Numbered from the whole stretch's first letter, positions 1-14,391 are shown. The stretch: 56,574 nucleotides of DNA, filler included, from Catajapyx aquilonaris (GCA_000934665.2; 4 parts of 4 records of this genome joined end to end with filler, not necessarily neighbours in it); one strand, 5' to 3'. Numbers and translations are program-made. The notes: generated by a model not told the origin, from the letters alone.

Positions 1-771
1 CGGGGCAATATATAATAGGCTAATTCCCGTCTTTCTTTCTTTTAAATAAGCAACTCATGAAGCTGCTGTGTGCAATCAATCAGCGCACTTTTTCTTAGAA
101 ATGCGAAAATCTCAATTCTTGACAGTCTTTGAAATTTTGTAAAAATAGCAAAAGGACCATTTTTGTAATAAATACAGTACCATGCATTTCCTCTTCAGCA
201 CTGTTAGTCATCCCATAAGACAGTGTCTATTTAGATAACACAGTTCATGGATCATTCTGGGACTGAATAGGGCCTATATTTGGCCCCATTGTGTACTTTC
301 AAGGCGCACATGCGTTCCTTCAAATGCAATTATTTTCCTTAAATCAAAAAAGTCCTCCTGAGATTTTTTTCTATGTGAGGGAAAGGGTCTGAGCTACAAC
401 ATTATTTAAAAATCGGATTTTCAAAATAGGCGGATTTTTTAAAAAAAAAATTTGAAATTTTGAAAATGGGACAAAATTTTCAAAAAAGTCAAAATGCGAA
501 TTTTCAATCCTTAGTGAGATTGGGCTCTCGAATCTCTTCAAAGGGAGCGGTCTACGACGTCTGTAGCTCAATTGGTTCACGAGATATGACCGATTTCTGA
601 AACCCTACCTTCCGAAAAGGACGTTTTTTTCGGTGGGCCTATCTCCGGGGAGGGGGGGGTAAATCTCAAAACCGCGCAAATGGTATTTTTGAAAGACGTA
701 ATTAAAGCGATTCGCCAATTTTCGTCAAAATCTGACAACCCAAGGGTCAGGGGATTGACATGGAATGACCC
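1..771. mobile_element. Right end of a non-autonomous DNA transposon, truncated by the window start
   Basis: Ends in TTGACATGGAATGACCC (755-771). The reverse complement GGGTCATTCCACGTCAA occurs at 15173-15189 and a degenerate copy at 17183-17200, so this behaves as a dispersed terminal motif. No coding capacity seen. Confidence 0.45.
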
Positions 772-1720
772 ATTACTATTAAGGGTTTTGTTAAATTGTT
801 AATCGAGGTAGTTTTACAGGATTAATAAGGAAGTATAGGCCTACAAGATCTGTCAGGCATGCCATGTCAATTGCTTCCCAGTATGATAAGCTGTAATGAT
901 TACATGCACATATCGGGTGACAGTGTACTCTTGGGACTAAGGATGTATGATACAAGGTATGCGTGTGATGTCAGGTCATGTCAGGTAGGATGAGCCATAG
1001 TACAGTACAAGTACATATTTAGGGATAGGATGGGTGAGTGATAAGATTTTAATTTTTTCGGTTTTGCCAAATTGCTTTTGTATAATATCTGTCATGACAT
1101 ATGTTTATCAATTATGGATTTGTGTCACCTGTATTACTGACTACTTCTTCTAAGTGATGTTGTGAAGGTTTTTAAGTATGATCCTTTGTTGTAGAAGCTC
1201 ATACATTTGTTGGTTCACATTGGTAAAACTTGTCATAAAACTAAATTTTAAAGTTACACGGCATTTTGTGTTGGTTTTTGCATCTGTCATAATATGTCCA
1301 CTCATATCAACGAGCATGTTTTCATTGCTTGACACCTGTCACAACTGTGTCATGCAGGTCTTTATGATTCAGGTTCATGCTAGCTATGCTAACTTACTGG
1401 GTCACTAGCACAAATAAGGCTACTGTATTACATAACAGGTGAAATATTAAAGGGAAAGAAATTTTGAACACAAAATGTGAAGTCAATCTTGCCGTTGCTG
1501 ATTGTGTCAAGTATTTTCCAGGAAGCTGCAGTTACCCAGATTATAATTTCTCCTCATTTCATGGTTTGGGTTCTTTCTGGGGGGAATCAGTTTTCTGTAG
1601 CATATCTTGGACAATTATTTAGGCTTTGAGAGGAATTATTACAAATTTTTCTAGCAATAATTGACAGCATTCTACTACTGTAGGTGCCATGGAAGAATAT
1701 GAAGCAGATGTGATTGAATA

Positions 1721-1953
1721 CACTGTAAACCGCAAAACATTAAATGAGCATCACTGGTGAGTCTCTCATGGAACATAAATTTTTAACGCTATTCTAATGC
1801 TCTACGAATGCTCTTGTGATGCTCCTGTGATGCTTTTTTGTTGCTAAAAAGCATCACAAGAGCATTGGCAGAGCATTAGAAGAGCATCAAAAAATTGATG
1901 ATCCATGCGAGACTCACCAGTGATGCTATTTTAATGTTTTGCGGTTTACAGGG
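1721..1953. mobile_element. Palindromic MITE with CACTA/EnSpm-like termini
   Basis: CACTGTAAACCGCAAAACATT...AATGTTTTGCGGTTTACAGGG. Near-perfect inverted arms of about 110 bp, flanked by TA on both sides. Confidence 0.75.
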
Positions 1954-3369
1954 TAAGCAAGCATATAAAGGGTTTTTTTCTCCAAATGAATCAAAGTGAT
2001 GCAGTATGTTTTAGGTCTGCCTGTAGGAATGACTGATGCAGTTAAAACATGACTTACAAGTTGGAAGCACAAGTTGTCATTGTAGCACATTTTTCCATGC
2101 AGCATTTTCTGATAAAGCGGCAGTTTAGGTGAATATCAATTTCCAGTTGATATTGCTCAACCTCAGTATAGTTGTTGAAGTAAACATGATACAGAATTAA
2201 TCCACAAATATTGGTTTCTTTTTACAGTTTAAGAGTATCGACATCACTCTGGATTGATGTACGAATAGAGTACCATTTATTGTGTCCATGGTTATGTTGT
2301 GTCCAAGGTTATGATGGCAAAAGTTAGGTTCGCACTGCCACTTTATTGTCACGAGGAAGCAGTTAGACACCATTCTAGAATTCACCATTCAAACGGAAAC
2401 AAATTCAGGAAGGAATGTAAAATTCATTTTTCAAAAGATAATGATAATTTAGGACTTTTTGTTTCAAAAAATGCACAAAAATTAAATAAAGGCAGAAACT
2501 CGTTTGTACTAAACATGTCACATAAATCCTGCCTGAAACCACTCGCTCATTTTGAATAATAAAAAAGCGATGATATCAATAAAAGCTTCTCATGGCTCAC
2601 CTTAGATATGTATAATTGTGAGTGGAAGTGTATGAAAATATGTGGGGACTAATAAACTCTCCGTTAACTTCAGTATGTTCGAGATAGCCAACCCCATCTT
2701 CATGCAGGGGAGTTAGAGGTCTAACCTGCTGACAGAATTTTTTTGCCTCCAAGAAAAATTTCGTAAGTGCTGACTAATATCAAGACCTTTACAATTTGTG
2801 ACAGTGGTACTGCAATCTGGAAAGCCCTAAATTAAAAAGCTGGGTGTAAAAAGAGCTTCTCCAACATTTTTGTAATGAGATTAATGCTAATAAATTCTCA
2901 TCGTTCAAGAGTATTGTTGGAATATTCATGTCATTTTAAAAATATATTGATTAAATACATTTCAAGAAATAAACATGAGTGTTTGAGCATTTACCTCATC
3001 TATGAGAATGATATTATTTCAATTTCTGTCAAGACAACAATTTGTGTTACACCCACTATTTCCTCACCATGATTCTTACAGGTGGTGGACAGGCCACACA
3101 TTGTTCCATATTAAAATAATTATTAATAGATGAAAAAATTCTACAAAGTGCGCAATAAAGTTAGGAATATGACATTGTAATTAGATGCATTTTCTCTCAT
3201 GCAAATCTGCAAGTGTATTCTGTGCAAGGGGATTCCTGTGACAAGCCAAAGGCCTATAGTACAGTACAGAGTGAACCTTCCTAAATCTTGGATGCAAGCA
3301 TGGTTCAGCTGCTGGCAAGGGAAATGGCTGGCACCCACTTAATATTCAGGGTGACCCTAAAGTCTGGAC

Positions 3370-3426
<57 letters not shown>
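3370..3426. repeat. (TAA)n microsatellite (SINE tail side)
   Basis: Perfect trinucleotide run. Confidence 0.95.
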
Positions 3427-3436
<10 letters not shown>

Positions 3437-3770
3437 CTTACCCCGTGATGACCTGTGTAGGACCTTTATAGGGGGTGGTGGATTACCACCATTGGTATTA
3501 TTTTGTTTTTTGGAGCGAGTTAAGAATAATCTTATTGGTATACTCCAAGGTAGTTAGGAGGGGATGTGCAAAGTGCATGTGCGCTGTCGTTAATTTGTCA
3601 TTTTGGGAGCTCCCCCGGGTGGCTTAGTCTATCGGAAATTGCCACCCGAAACGAAGCCAGAGATGGCCCAACTCTGCACGAAAGAAGGTGGGAACCCCGG
3701 GTGGGGATTGAACCCGGGACCTTAACTTCCGTGGGCGCACGTGTTACCGCGGCGCCACTCCATCTCCCTC
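3427..3770 (-). mobile_element. tRNA-derived SINE, family A
   Basis: Minus-strand head with A-box-like GGAGTGGCGCCGCGGT and B-box GGTTCAATCCC. Body is similar to 46854-47085. A-rich then (TTA)n tail. Confidence 0.8.

Positions 3771-3841
<71 letters not shown>
3771..3841. repeat. (TAA)n microsatellite
   Basis: Perfect trinucleotide run. Confidence 0.95.
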
Positions 3842-4084
3842 GTTGGTTCCTAGTGATGGTAAATGGCAGGTTGTCAAGTAGCAGTTGCTGACCGCCAGTA
3901 AAGGTTGAGTTCTTCGAGGACAAGATATATGTTCTAATTAGTAGTTCTAATTAGTAATATTACTGTATATATCACACTAGAGAGAACACACCTTTATCAT
4001 TATGTAAATTATTATTAACTTATTACCAATGTCGGTCGTTATAATAAAGCTATCAAGGTAAAGACGGAACAGTTTAGCTACCAT

Positions 4085-4916
4085 ACTTATTAGTTTGGAA
4101 AGGCTTCTACAAGCGTACAACACGCAAAAGAATAATGACGTATCTTATGACGAAATCTTCGAGTCATAATAGGCTTCAATGCTCTCCGCATAACTACCAA
4201 AAATATTGCTAGAAGCCAGAGAATTACTTCATTTTCAACAATACTGCTACGACATCCCAGAAGACTCCGTTTCAAGTCAATGCTACATAATACCGCATTA
4301 TTCTGAACAATTTTTATTCAACTTTTTGTTCTTTTTAATACGCTTAAAAAATCCGTCGCCTCGGAGAGCTCATCTTTAGAAGCAGCTACAAATAGGAAAA
4401 GTGGTATAGCTAATATTATTGATTCTAAAGATCAATTCGAACACTTTTAAGAAAGTCAATAGTCCCATGGAGCCATTTACCATATCGTCAGCTGAAAACA
4501 TCGGCGTCCCAACTTTTCCTTTTGTAAAGTCGTGGTTTCAGGGCCCTGTCCTACCTGAGCAGTAATAGGAGAAGAAAATTTTGTCAAGAAGACCCCAGTT
4601 TTCTATCCTCATATAAAAAGTTAGAAAAACTTCCGGTGTCTCTGGGAAAACTTGGCAACTGAATGTCTTGTTTCCAGACAGTCTTATTAAAACCTCGCGA
4701 GTTTCTGAATGAGATACCCAAAGTTGACAAATCGGAGATCAACTCTTACGGAAAAAAATGGCAAGGACCTTGAATACAACATGCGTGATTAATTTCCTTG
4801 CTGATATTAAAAGGTTTGTGACATTGTCGATTAAATAATATTATATGTCTAAAAATTATGATGTTGCTTGCTTTATTTAAAAAACAAAAGAAGCTAATTC
4901 ATATAGCAACAACAGC

Positions 4917-4984
<68 letters not shown>

Positions 4985-5640
4985 AGGATTCTTTAAAGGT
5001 AGGATTAAGATAATATGACCTCAATAAAATAGGCGGTATCTACCCTACTTAAAAGACCCTGCTGCTTCTGTTTAGATCCATACTAATTTTAACACTCTGC
5101 ATATTAAAATATCGCTTAGAATAATCATTCCTTTAAATTTCATAAATTGTTGCTATCCAACACTATTGATTTTTACATGTGAGAAGCTGAACACATAGGT
5201 ATATACTTTTTTTACAAGTTAATTGTCATTTACACTAGATATATTACAGAATTATTCTCCGGGCGACCCAAAATAGTGGCCTTAACATCTTCCGCTTGGT
5301 TGTAATTTGCATCCACATTATGTAAGCCCAACTTAGGGGGTTAATGTGATGTTCAAACATGCGGAATATCGCCCAGCCTCCAGGAGAAACACCTGATCGA
5401 CCAGTTAATTACAGTGGAATGAACGACTCGGGTATACACACAAAAAAGTCTAGTTCAAAGAGAGTCAGTCCGTCAGAGGAAAAGAACACCCAATTGACAT
5501 GGTAGTAAAGAGCGATAATAACTTCCCCGTTTGTAATGTGGAGTGTTTGACGCCGCACTTTGTCCCCCTTGCACACCCTGCCGCGTGACTAATAAGGGTA
5601 AAAAGCATTTTGCAAACTCCGATTTCTCCACAAGTTGACG
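4085..5640 (-). mobile_element. Possible decayed L1/Tx1-type non-LTR retroelement remnant
   Basis: The minus-strand peptide ...EVILWLLAIFLVV...RFRHKIRHYSF...FPN* resembles an ORF2 C-terminus, and a degenerate CCHC-like stretch lies near 5570-5620. Heavily interrupted. Confidence 0.25.
4916..4983. repeat. (AAT)n microsatellite
   Basis: Perfect trinucleotide run preceded by (CAA/CAG) units. Confidence 0.95.
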
Positions 5641-7084
5641 CTGCAGTTCACAATCTCTCCCCCCCCCCTCCCCCCCCCCCTTTTTTAGAGATCGATCTCC
5701 TGATTGGTTAGACTGCTCTAACGGTTAGAACAACTGACAGAGTTTGCCACATTTTTGTTGTTTTAAATTCAGGGAGTCAGCAAGCAGAAAGAAAATAACA
5801 TGGTAATCGGCCTGGTTGTGTACAGGGGTTAGGCGTAAGTTGACGTTTGTGAACGAGTCCAATTCGGAAGCGGATTGTGCGGCTGTTGTAACATCCGTCC
5901 GTTGGCTGTGAGTGGGAGAAAAAAATCTAGAGAACTGCTGAACTACTGTTGCCGCCTAGCAGCGACTCGCTCCGAATCGCATATCGATTGAAATGAGATT
6001 ACGCCTTCTTTTTACGCCTACTATGCTCTCCGGACCAAGGGCTTTGAGGCATCTGTTCGCTAAGGTTTCCAATTTTAACACCGGAAGGAAATACTGCGGA
6101 TCGAACTCGCAAGGATTAAACCCCGGAGTCTAGCCGCAGCTTCCACTCCCTGCCAGCGTATATAATCCGAACTTTGCTTCAGGACAACTTATTTAGTCGG
6201 TGGTTTCAGGGCACACGTGTAAGGGAGTCCAACTCGAATAGATTTTGCCTACTTTTGGGGATCCTTTGCTTATATAAATTAGATGTCAAATCGAGACATG
6301 GATATGTCAACAGTCGCAGTTTGTCATCCTTGATTTCTTTTGAATGATGGTGCATGAACTGAGAATGTATAATTATTAGGGTTTGTGGGTTGATTTTCCG
6401 CCTTGGCGAAGTGGCAAATGCAGACAGTTTGACGTCAGAGACAACCGAAAGCCAGCTCTCTCAGATGACATGAATAAGACTTGCTGAAAGCACCCATTTC
6501 CTCTTGAAATCTGCAGCAGTTATTGTGCACACCTTCTTTGTCAGGCCAGCAAACATTGGCTTGAAGACGGACAAGAATAAGCACCAGATTCTGTGACTGC
6601 TCGTAGCGAAGTGATTGTGGTGGGGTACTGCAGGCGACATTTTATTGAGGAATACCTGAGAGGCTAGGTGGAAAGCGAGAACAGATAATGCAGTAGTGCA
6701 AATACAAGGTACTGTATGAGCAAAAATTGCAGGCGGGATGGGAAATATTCAGAGTGTTGAGTGTGTAAAAAGTAGGTCTGAGGCGTTTTCTAGAATTTAC
6801 ATTCAGAGAAATGTGTATAGTCCAGGTCGGAACTTTGTGTTGATATTTGTAGTATTCCTGATATTTCAACATGACCAAATCTGCTGCTCACTACCTCTGG
6901 TACAGTATAACCTGTAACTTTAATGAAATTGTCCTCGTAAAGGGCCATTCAGATGTTAGCATTTCGATGTCTTTGTCTTTGGTTGCTTCGAAACTTATTT
7001 GAAATCCAGGAATAATCAAGCCTTCCATCTGACACTGGCCTGTCCCACACACGAAGGCGACAATCCAATCCAGATCTCAAGAGC

Positions 7085-7380
7085 GACCCACCAATGAGAC
7101 GTGGGTGTAGAAGTCGAATCCACTCTCCATGAATTCCTTTGGCAGGGCGGCGCGGCGGTCCTACCTTCGCGTCGACTGACGGAAGTCGTGGGTTTCGTGT
7201 GAACTAGGAGGAGCGGAATAGGTCGAGGAATATGGAACGATCAACAACGACGACGACGACGACGACGACGACTCAGCAACTTCGAAATTGATATATCGAC
7301 TATGTCTGATATGTTGAGCAATCTTGAAGAAGGAGCCAAAAGGTCAACCGTGCGCGGATATGTTTACGAATAAGTCTAGG
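7085..7380. promoter_or_regulatory. CpG-rich promoter-like island
   Basis: Local CpG/GC enrichment, CCAAT (about 7091), GC-box-like GGGCGG, ETS-like CGGAAGT and a (GAC)n run. No linked CDS identified. Confidence 0.3.
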
Positions 7381-9599
7381 TAAAATTATGGGGAAGAAAT
7401 ATTGTATAATATGTCGCATCTACCAATAGAATAATATAACTTGTGCCATGACATTTATTATAATTATCATGCCTGATATAATAAAATTCTAGGGTGAACT
7501 CCTGTAGGCACTGAGGGCCGGTTGTATGAGTACAAATTAAAGAAGAAATATCCGATTTGTCAGACAATGCATTGCAAACACTTGTAGAGTACACCTAGAT
7601 GCATAATCTGAGATTTTCTCTAAAATATACGCATGCAACCGGTCGTAAAGTTTAAGGGGTCATTTGGTCCCCGCTGTCTCGTTAATGACATAATTATCAT
7701 TAAACAAAGACTGCACTATATGCCATCTCTACATCACGGTTACAGTCTGCGAAACTTCCATTGCCTCGAAATGGCTGCCAAAACTGATGAGACCCCAGTT
7801 ATATTAAAATTTCACGGAAACTCCTAGATTTTGTAATAAGCCCTGCCGTAGGCATAGTGGCACCTTTTACGGAAGAGTCAGTAACGAGGCAGCTCAATCC
7901 TAGTGATATAGATATACATTTTCCTCTGATATACTGTATAGTAATGCAAAATTATAGGTCTCTCTCTCATCCCCTGCTCATCCCCCCTCCCTCTCTCCCA
8001 TTCCGCCCTTTCCCGGAATCATTACGCACTGTGATGTAAAAAAAAACCCTTTGAGATAAGCTATCTTCCCTCTTAGCCGAAAATATGCTCTTTTCTGTTT
8101 AATTGTTTACACTCCCATCCAGGAAAGGTCACCGCAGGGGGTCAGGCAGGAAAATGTAGTATTTTCCTTTAGAACTCCAGTTGTGCTCCATAGCTTCAGC
8201 TACCTATACGCCCCTATTTTCCCATCATTTCTCTCCTGCTGTTCTCTGATGCCAACTGTACAGTACAGCTGTTCCCTCCTCAAGTCTCTGTCAGAAGGAC
8301 TGAAAGTGGATAATGGTATGCCTCCCTGTGTCGACACTACATGCTCACTAAGATACAAAGAGCATCAAGCTATAGTACTGACCGATGCTGATTGTAGTCT
8401 ACTCTGTGCACACATAACATCGTCAACATGGGCCATAAATTTCTACACATCTTTCTCTGAAATTCTGGAAATGTCTATACTCATATGTACCTGTTCTCAA
8501 TACAAAGTCAGGAAAAAGCTCACCACATTTAGTGAAGACCAATTGTACAGTTTTGGCATAATGTTGCTACTCTCAATTTCGACTAGTACCATTTTGTGCA
8601 ATCTCTGACCTCATAATTTCTTGACTTTGACAACACTGCGCTACATTAGGCCTACATGACGCAAGTTGGTCTCTATGACTACAGTTAAGATTAGCCCACC
8701 CAAAGTTTGTGCGATCAAAAACAAGATCCGAGTTCGGGGAGGAATTTCCAGAAAGGATTCGGATTGCAGATGGTAATACTGTAATCCCCCGCCCTAAATA
8801 CTGTCTACTTTATGATCAAGAGCCAGTTCCAGCGATCTCTACGACTGAGACGGTCTGCTTTTCCCGGTCTAACGCAATAAGAACCGAAAAGGATCTGGTC
8901 TTATTCTGAAAGCAGTCCTATCCTCCCCTTACCCTACTCCATCCCACTCCACCACTATACCCCCCACCCCACCCCAACTTGATCTCAAGCACGCCGGATG
9001 TCCGCTTGTTTTACTTTAGGAAGGCACGTTAAGTCTGAGGAAATTGAAAGAGTTCCCTTTAATTCTCTTTCCGTTTACAGTTACGCTGACGTGCAGGATA
9101 TGGCTGAACTGCCAAGCTATAACGGCGATCTGCAATTTTTATGCACAAATGAATAGTACCCTCCTGATATATTCGGCATTCAATCAACGTGTAAAATTAA
9201 AACTCTTCTTCTGCGCTGATTAGCTGGGGCCTTTTACCCGAGAGGCCCAGGCCTTCCTCCTCACAGCTGATGACAAATGAGGTTTTCATCTGAAGATAAA
9301 AATTGGATTAGCTAATTTGTTGCCTTCCTGGTGCAGAAAATTCTCTGTAATAGTAGAGAACGGAGGGGGGAAAAAGAACTACTGCCAATCATTCCCCCAA
9401 TTCTTTAAACGAATCGAAACAATTTTTGATGATGCTTGACGTGAGACAAAGAGGAATGATTAACATTGCCGCTCGTTATACTTTTCCAGCACTGTTCGTT
9501 TCTGCTTGTTGTGACAAGCCTAGCAAGAATTTCGTAAATCAACCATCGGAATTTGAATTTAGCATGTAACTAAAATGATGTTAATATGCAGGAAGTTAA

Positions 9600-9882
9600 C
9601 CCTGGAACAGTGCCATGGGGTCTTTTCGGACCCCAAAGGAATTAAAATGATTTAAAATTACAATTACAATGAACTATTTGCCATTTAAAAAAGTATGTGC
9701 ATGTCTATTTTGAATTAGCGATCATTTTAGGCATGGTTCAAAGAATGATTGTATATAGTCAATACATTGAAAAGTATTATATAAAAATTAATAAAAATTA
9801 AAATGTGGCGTGGGGGGCGTGGGGTCCTAAAAGACCCCACGGCACGGTTCCCGTAACTTTCAGGCACGGCACGGTTTCAGGG
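9600..9882. mobile_element. piggyBac-like MITE
   Basis: TTAA|CCCTGGAAC...GTTTCAGGG|TTAA, with subterminal GGGGTC-N-GACCCC palindromes. A second, interrupted copy lies at 46746-48018. Confidence 0.85.
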
Positions 9883-11283
9883 TTAAGTATTCAAATACAG
9901 CGTTTCTGATATTTCTGTGGTTCAGTGATTCTTGTAGGATTGTCATGTGCATTCCGGTGATGAAGACTGCACCTTTATACAAGTAGCTCTTCTCTTCATT
10001 CGCATAAGAATGACTTGTTGGTGTAGGGGAAGTTGAGAGTTGATAATTTTTAACTAAATATACACACTATATTCGCAATTGCTTTAAAAAGCAACTACAG
10101 TATTAAGTATAACTATACATTTTGGTAGACGCCAGCCTGGTCGAAAATTCTTGTTACAGGCCTATAGTTACATGCACATGAAATTTCCATAAAATCTTGT
10201 GACGCCACTATGACATGACTGTAACACCAATGGAGTATATCAAATTAATAAAACGCTTTAGATAATTTTACAAAAAAGTCACATATAGCGCATGTACCCT
10301 GTGAGGCCTAGATACCGTATATTATTTTAACACTATTGAAATATACAGTAAAGTGAAGATTCTTTGAGCTAGGATGCGTCTTTCTTTGAGAGTAGGCTAT
10401 ATGTGATTGTATAGCGCCAGGATGCGGTTTAGTGATTTTTTTCGATGTGGGAGTGTTTTGTAATGATTAATCCGACAACCTTATAGCATTGCACTCCTGT
10501 GGATGAGACGCTCATTTAATGTAGAGGTGTTATTTAGTCCGAGAAAATTCGTTAATAACAGGTTTGTAAGTTTAGGATTTCAGTGTTCGTGGGATACCAA
10601 CATGTGTGGACCGAGCTATCAGCTTCAAAGACATTCTCGGTGCCCCACAACACCCTTCGCCATTAAATTCCACGTTCTTATTTGTAAAAATGTTTATTTT
10701 TTCATGTCTAAATGTACAGTAGGTGTCCGTATGCCTGCATTGTTTCAGAAAAATATTTATGTTGCTTCAACAACTAACACCAGTATAACAACCAAGTAGG
10801 GACAGATACAGCACATTCTAAGGTAACTACGAAAGTCAAGATCAACTGTCCCAGTTGCAAAACCATGGCCACAGGAGCAAAAAATTCTGTAAGGTGTCTG
10901 CGTTTACTTCACACTTCCCTTATTATAGTTCGTAAAAAGTTCACCTCTTTTGCGCAGAGCCAGCTTTCCAAACTTCCATTACCTCGGCAACTTCCAGCTA
11001 CATCTTATAGGCTCGCTGTGCAATTAAAACTGAATGGTAACTCTTTACTTCGAATTAAAATGATTTTTTCCAAATTAAAAGTACCGGTATTTCGAAAGGA
11101 CGCATACCTGTGATAATAATTTTTTGGTCTGTTTGCAGACCATTATAACACACGTCAGTATAACCAAGTTGCATAGACCAAAAGACATCTCCACATATGC
11201 CGTACTGTAAATGGATCCTCTGGGCCCCGGACGTACTATAAAACCATGTAAATAGATTTGTTGGAATCAGTACAAAATGCTGA

Positions 11284-11519
11284 AATATGCCGATGTCAAC
11301 AACTCAGCTAACCCGAACAGTCGGCAAGTATAGACGTTCTTTTTGGGCGTCTGGAGGTTTTGCTGCCCTCTTTCATCCCCTGCACGGTGATGGTGTTGAG
11401 GTCTGGAGTAGCCAACAGCTCGTCATTGAGACTGCTATCCTGCCTTACCCTTCCTGTGTTGTAGACGTCTCCAGGGAATATGCCGATGTCAACAACTCAG
11501 CTAGCCCGAACAGTCGGCA
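11284..11519 (+). repeat. 43-bp direct repeat, two copies about 190 bp apart
   Basis: AATATGCCGATGTCAACAACTCAGCTA(A/G)CCCGAACAGTCGGCA at about 11284 and 11477. Confidence 0.8.
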
Positions 11520-12744
11520 TTCATTTGTATCCCCCCATTTCTGCGAGTCCCTGACCAGTCTCCAGAATTTTTAATAATATATTGGTCATGTATGAGGGTA
11601 GCGAGGACCTCCTTGTTATCCGCTGGCACCACAGGTTATTTTTGGGAATAGCCTTGATGAATATGATGATGATGAGTACAAAAGGCTCCAAGTGATATCT
11701 ACACTTACTATCTTATAGCCTAACCGTTCACTGTACCTCTTACAGTAATAACATTGTTTGAAATAATGCATACATTCAGTCCGTCTATTTAAATTAGAAT
11801 ACTATTTTCATTAGCATGATTAAACAGGTTTTCGTCATTTTGGTTTGATACTTATAATGCAGGAGTGAATATATTGCATATACGTACTACCTGTACAATC
11901 CTGAAATCCTGATGCACGTCCTTATCACATAACTAAAAAATGCGCAGCTTTAATTTTGACATACTACCTCAGTAAGGTACTTACTTAATTAAGCCGTTTC
12001 GAAATGCCTCGTATTAAAAATAACAGCCCCTGCTCAATAATACTTATAACGTTAAGCTGATTAGTGGCTACGGTAGCGAAGAACGTGCAGGCAGCATCAT
12101 GGGTCGTATTTGCAGCCTAGCAGTTTCCAATATTTTGTAGCCTACTAGTACAAATCACTTGTAACTTGGTCTAAGGTTCCGCCTCTACTGTACATTCATA
12201 AAGAGGAATCAAGCATAGCCAGCTGTCACAATATTAATAGTGTCGAATATCATTTTATGCGTGGGTTAGAACAGACGATTTTATGGAACGTATTTTTGCA
12301 TTAGAACACCTGAACCTTTATAGTGATGAACAGTAAGTCGTTTTATGTCTCTGCCCGAGTTCCATATGATGTGATAAAAATATAATGCGAACATAGAAAA
12401 GAATCCCTGGAAACAAAAGAGGAACGACACCCCCACTCCTCATCGACACATGAGAATACTGACAATAAGGCACTCAATAATATTGATCTTACCTCAAAAG
12501 AGGTCCTCAGTGTGGTCGCCAAGGTTGTTCATGACCTAACGCAACGTCACTGATGGGGAAACCGTTGAATGCCACTCGCTTTGTGACTATGGTTGGCATC
12601 AACCAGAGATAATGTCGATACCTGGTGCAATTCAAATTCCTTCGTAAAGTTCTCTTCATACATACGCAGCCTAATTTTTAGGAAAATGCCAAAATCACAT
12701 TGAGGTCAGGGGAGTATAGTAGGTGTTATAGAACCTCTCATGAG

Positions 12745-12911
12745 TAGGCCCACACTGCCGTCAGATGTAAGAAGACCGTAACTCAAAAACTAGTAAGGGT
12801 GAAAGTCGCATGCACGCCCTGCACTAATCCCCTCTGAATCAGGGGGGGATTAGTGCAGGGTTACTAGTTTTTGAGTTACGGTCTTCTTACATCTGACGGC
12901 AGCACAGCCTA
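12745..12911. mobile_element. Hairpin MITE, possibly Harbinger-like (copy 1)
   Basis: CTGCCGTCAGATGTAAGAAGACCGTAACTCAAAAACTAGTAA and its inverse. Second copy at 38749-38930. Confidence 0.8.
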
Positions 12912-13018
12912 CCCATGTTGGGTGGATGAGAGTGTCGATGTGCCCATCATTATCACCATATTTTTATCACGAGCAGAGCTACCTAATGGCATACTGTTCA
13001 TCACTCAGGTATTCTATA

Positions 13019-13600
13019 CAGTAAAACTTCTATAAGTCGAACTTCCCTAAGTCGAAGTTCTCTATAAGTCGAAGAAAATGATGAGCTTGGTTGGTCACAA
13101 TGTAAAATAATAGGAAATAAACTTCCCTCTCGAATTTCTGTAACTCGAAGTGCAGGCAGGGCCTTACGATGGGATATCAATGCATTTTCAGTCTCCCTAA
13201 GTCGAAGTTCATGTTGGCGAGTACGGAAAATTTTCTCATTTCCCAGCCGAAGGGTCGAGAGTAGGCCACATGTACAGAAAGGCTGAATTTCCTGACCTCC
13301 GTCTACCAGATGTACCGAAAAAAACGTTTGACTCGATTGTGACAATTGAATCCTTGAAACTAAGAGTAGGCAAAAAAACGGAGGTTTTTTTTTTTTTACA
13401 ACAAAACAACGAGGAACACTGTAAGTGTGAATAGTGACAGCAATTTTTAAGTTTTGAACACCTTTCGTCGCTGGATATAAAGATAGGCTTCTTAATCGCG
13501 TTCTGTGCTTAAAAAAAGCCAAACTTCTCTAACTCGAATCTTCTATAACTCGAAGTTTTTCCCCGGTCCCATGGAGATTCGACTTATAGAAGTTTTACTG
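13019..13600. mobile_element. Tc1/mariner-pogo (Tigger-like) MITE (copy 1)
   Basis: TA|CAGTAAAACTTCTATAAGTCGAA...TTCGACTTATAGAAGTTTTACTG|TA with repeated subterminal TAAGTCGAA motifs. Inverted copy at 47338-47921. Confidence 0.9.
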
Positions 13601-14087
13601 TAGTTTTAAAAAATACGCACAATGACTTCTGTCCCTACCCAACAGTTTATCCAGCAGGTTCATTGGTCATTTCTCATTTGCATCGGCCTTTCATAATGAA
13701 AATGCCTTCATCTAATCCAGGTTTTGTGTATAATTTTGGGGGTTCATGAAGCACATTCTCCTACAAAGTATATAGAACTACCAGAGGTAGGGCGCTCCGA
13801 GCGCTAGCCAATCAGCGAAGAGGGGGGTGATGACGCGTCGAGAAAGCAAAATGAGGCGGGAAGGCGAAATTAACATGGCGCCTTATGGGGATTCCGACTA
13901 TCTTTGCGCCGTCACTGGCAGGCGCCTATTGGGACTTAAAATATGCAATTGGTACCAAATGATAGCTCCACTCATGCCCCGTCTCATGCTGTACATCTCC
14001 ATCCGAGAGGTTGAGCGGGGAAGGACATAAAAAATCCTACACTTTGTCATTGTTTCTCGCCGTAAGCAAGTGCAGTTTGTGTCACTA

Positions 14088-14187
14088 NNNNNNNNNNNNN
14101 NNNNNNNNNNNNNNNNNNNNNNNNNNNNNNNTTAATTAATTAANNNNNNNNNNNNNNNNNNNNNNNNNNNNNNNNNNNNNNNNNNNN
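14088..14187. other. Synthetic contig spacer
   Basis: 44 N + TTAATTAATTAA + 44 N. Confidence 0.97.
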
Positions 14188-14391
14188 CTTGAAGTTGGTT
14201 CACCCTGTATTATCATAAATAACACATCTGCTGTTGGAAACAGTTTACGAAGTAATAACATTTATTCAAATGACGCAAATTGTAGCCTAAACACCTATTT
14301 GCCCATTTGACTGTTTGTGCTCCAGCGTACACTTTTACAGGCAGTGTCGCAGTGAATACCCCCCTTGGGCGAAAGAGAACGAGGAACCGGT

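Noticed and set aside
3288..3853. Poly-Ile ORFs (and the poly-Leu/poly-Asn ORFs at 47025-47326)
   Set aside because: They are translations of (TAA)n microsatellites and SINE sequence.
13001..13522. 173-aa minus-strand ORF
   Set aside because: It lies within a Tigger-like MITE, has no transposase motifs, and is not maintained in the second copy.
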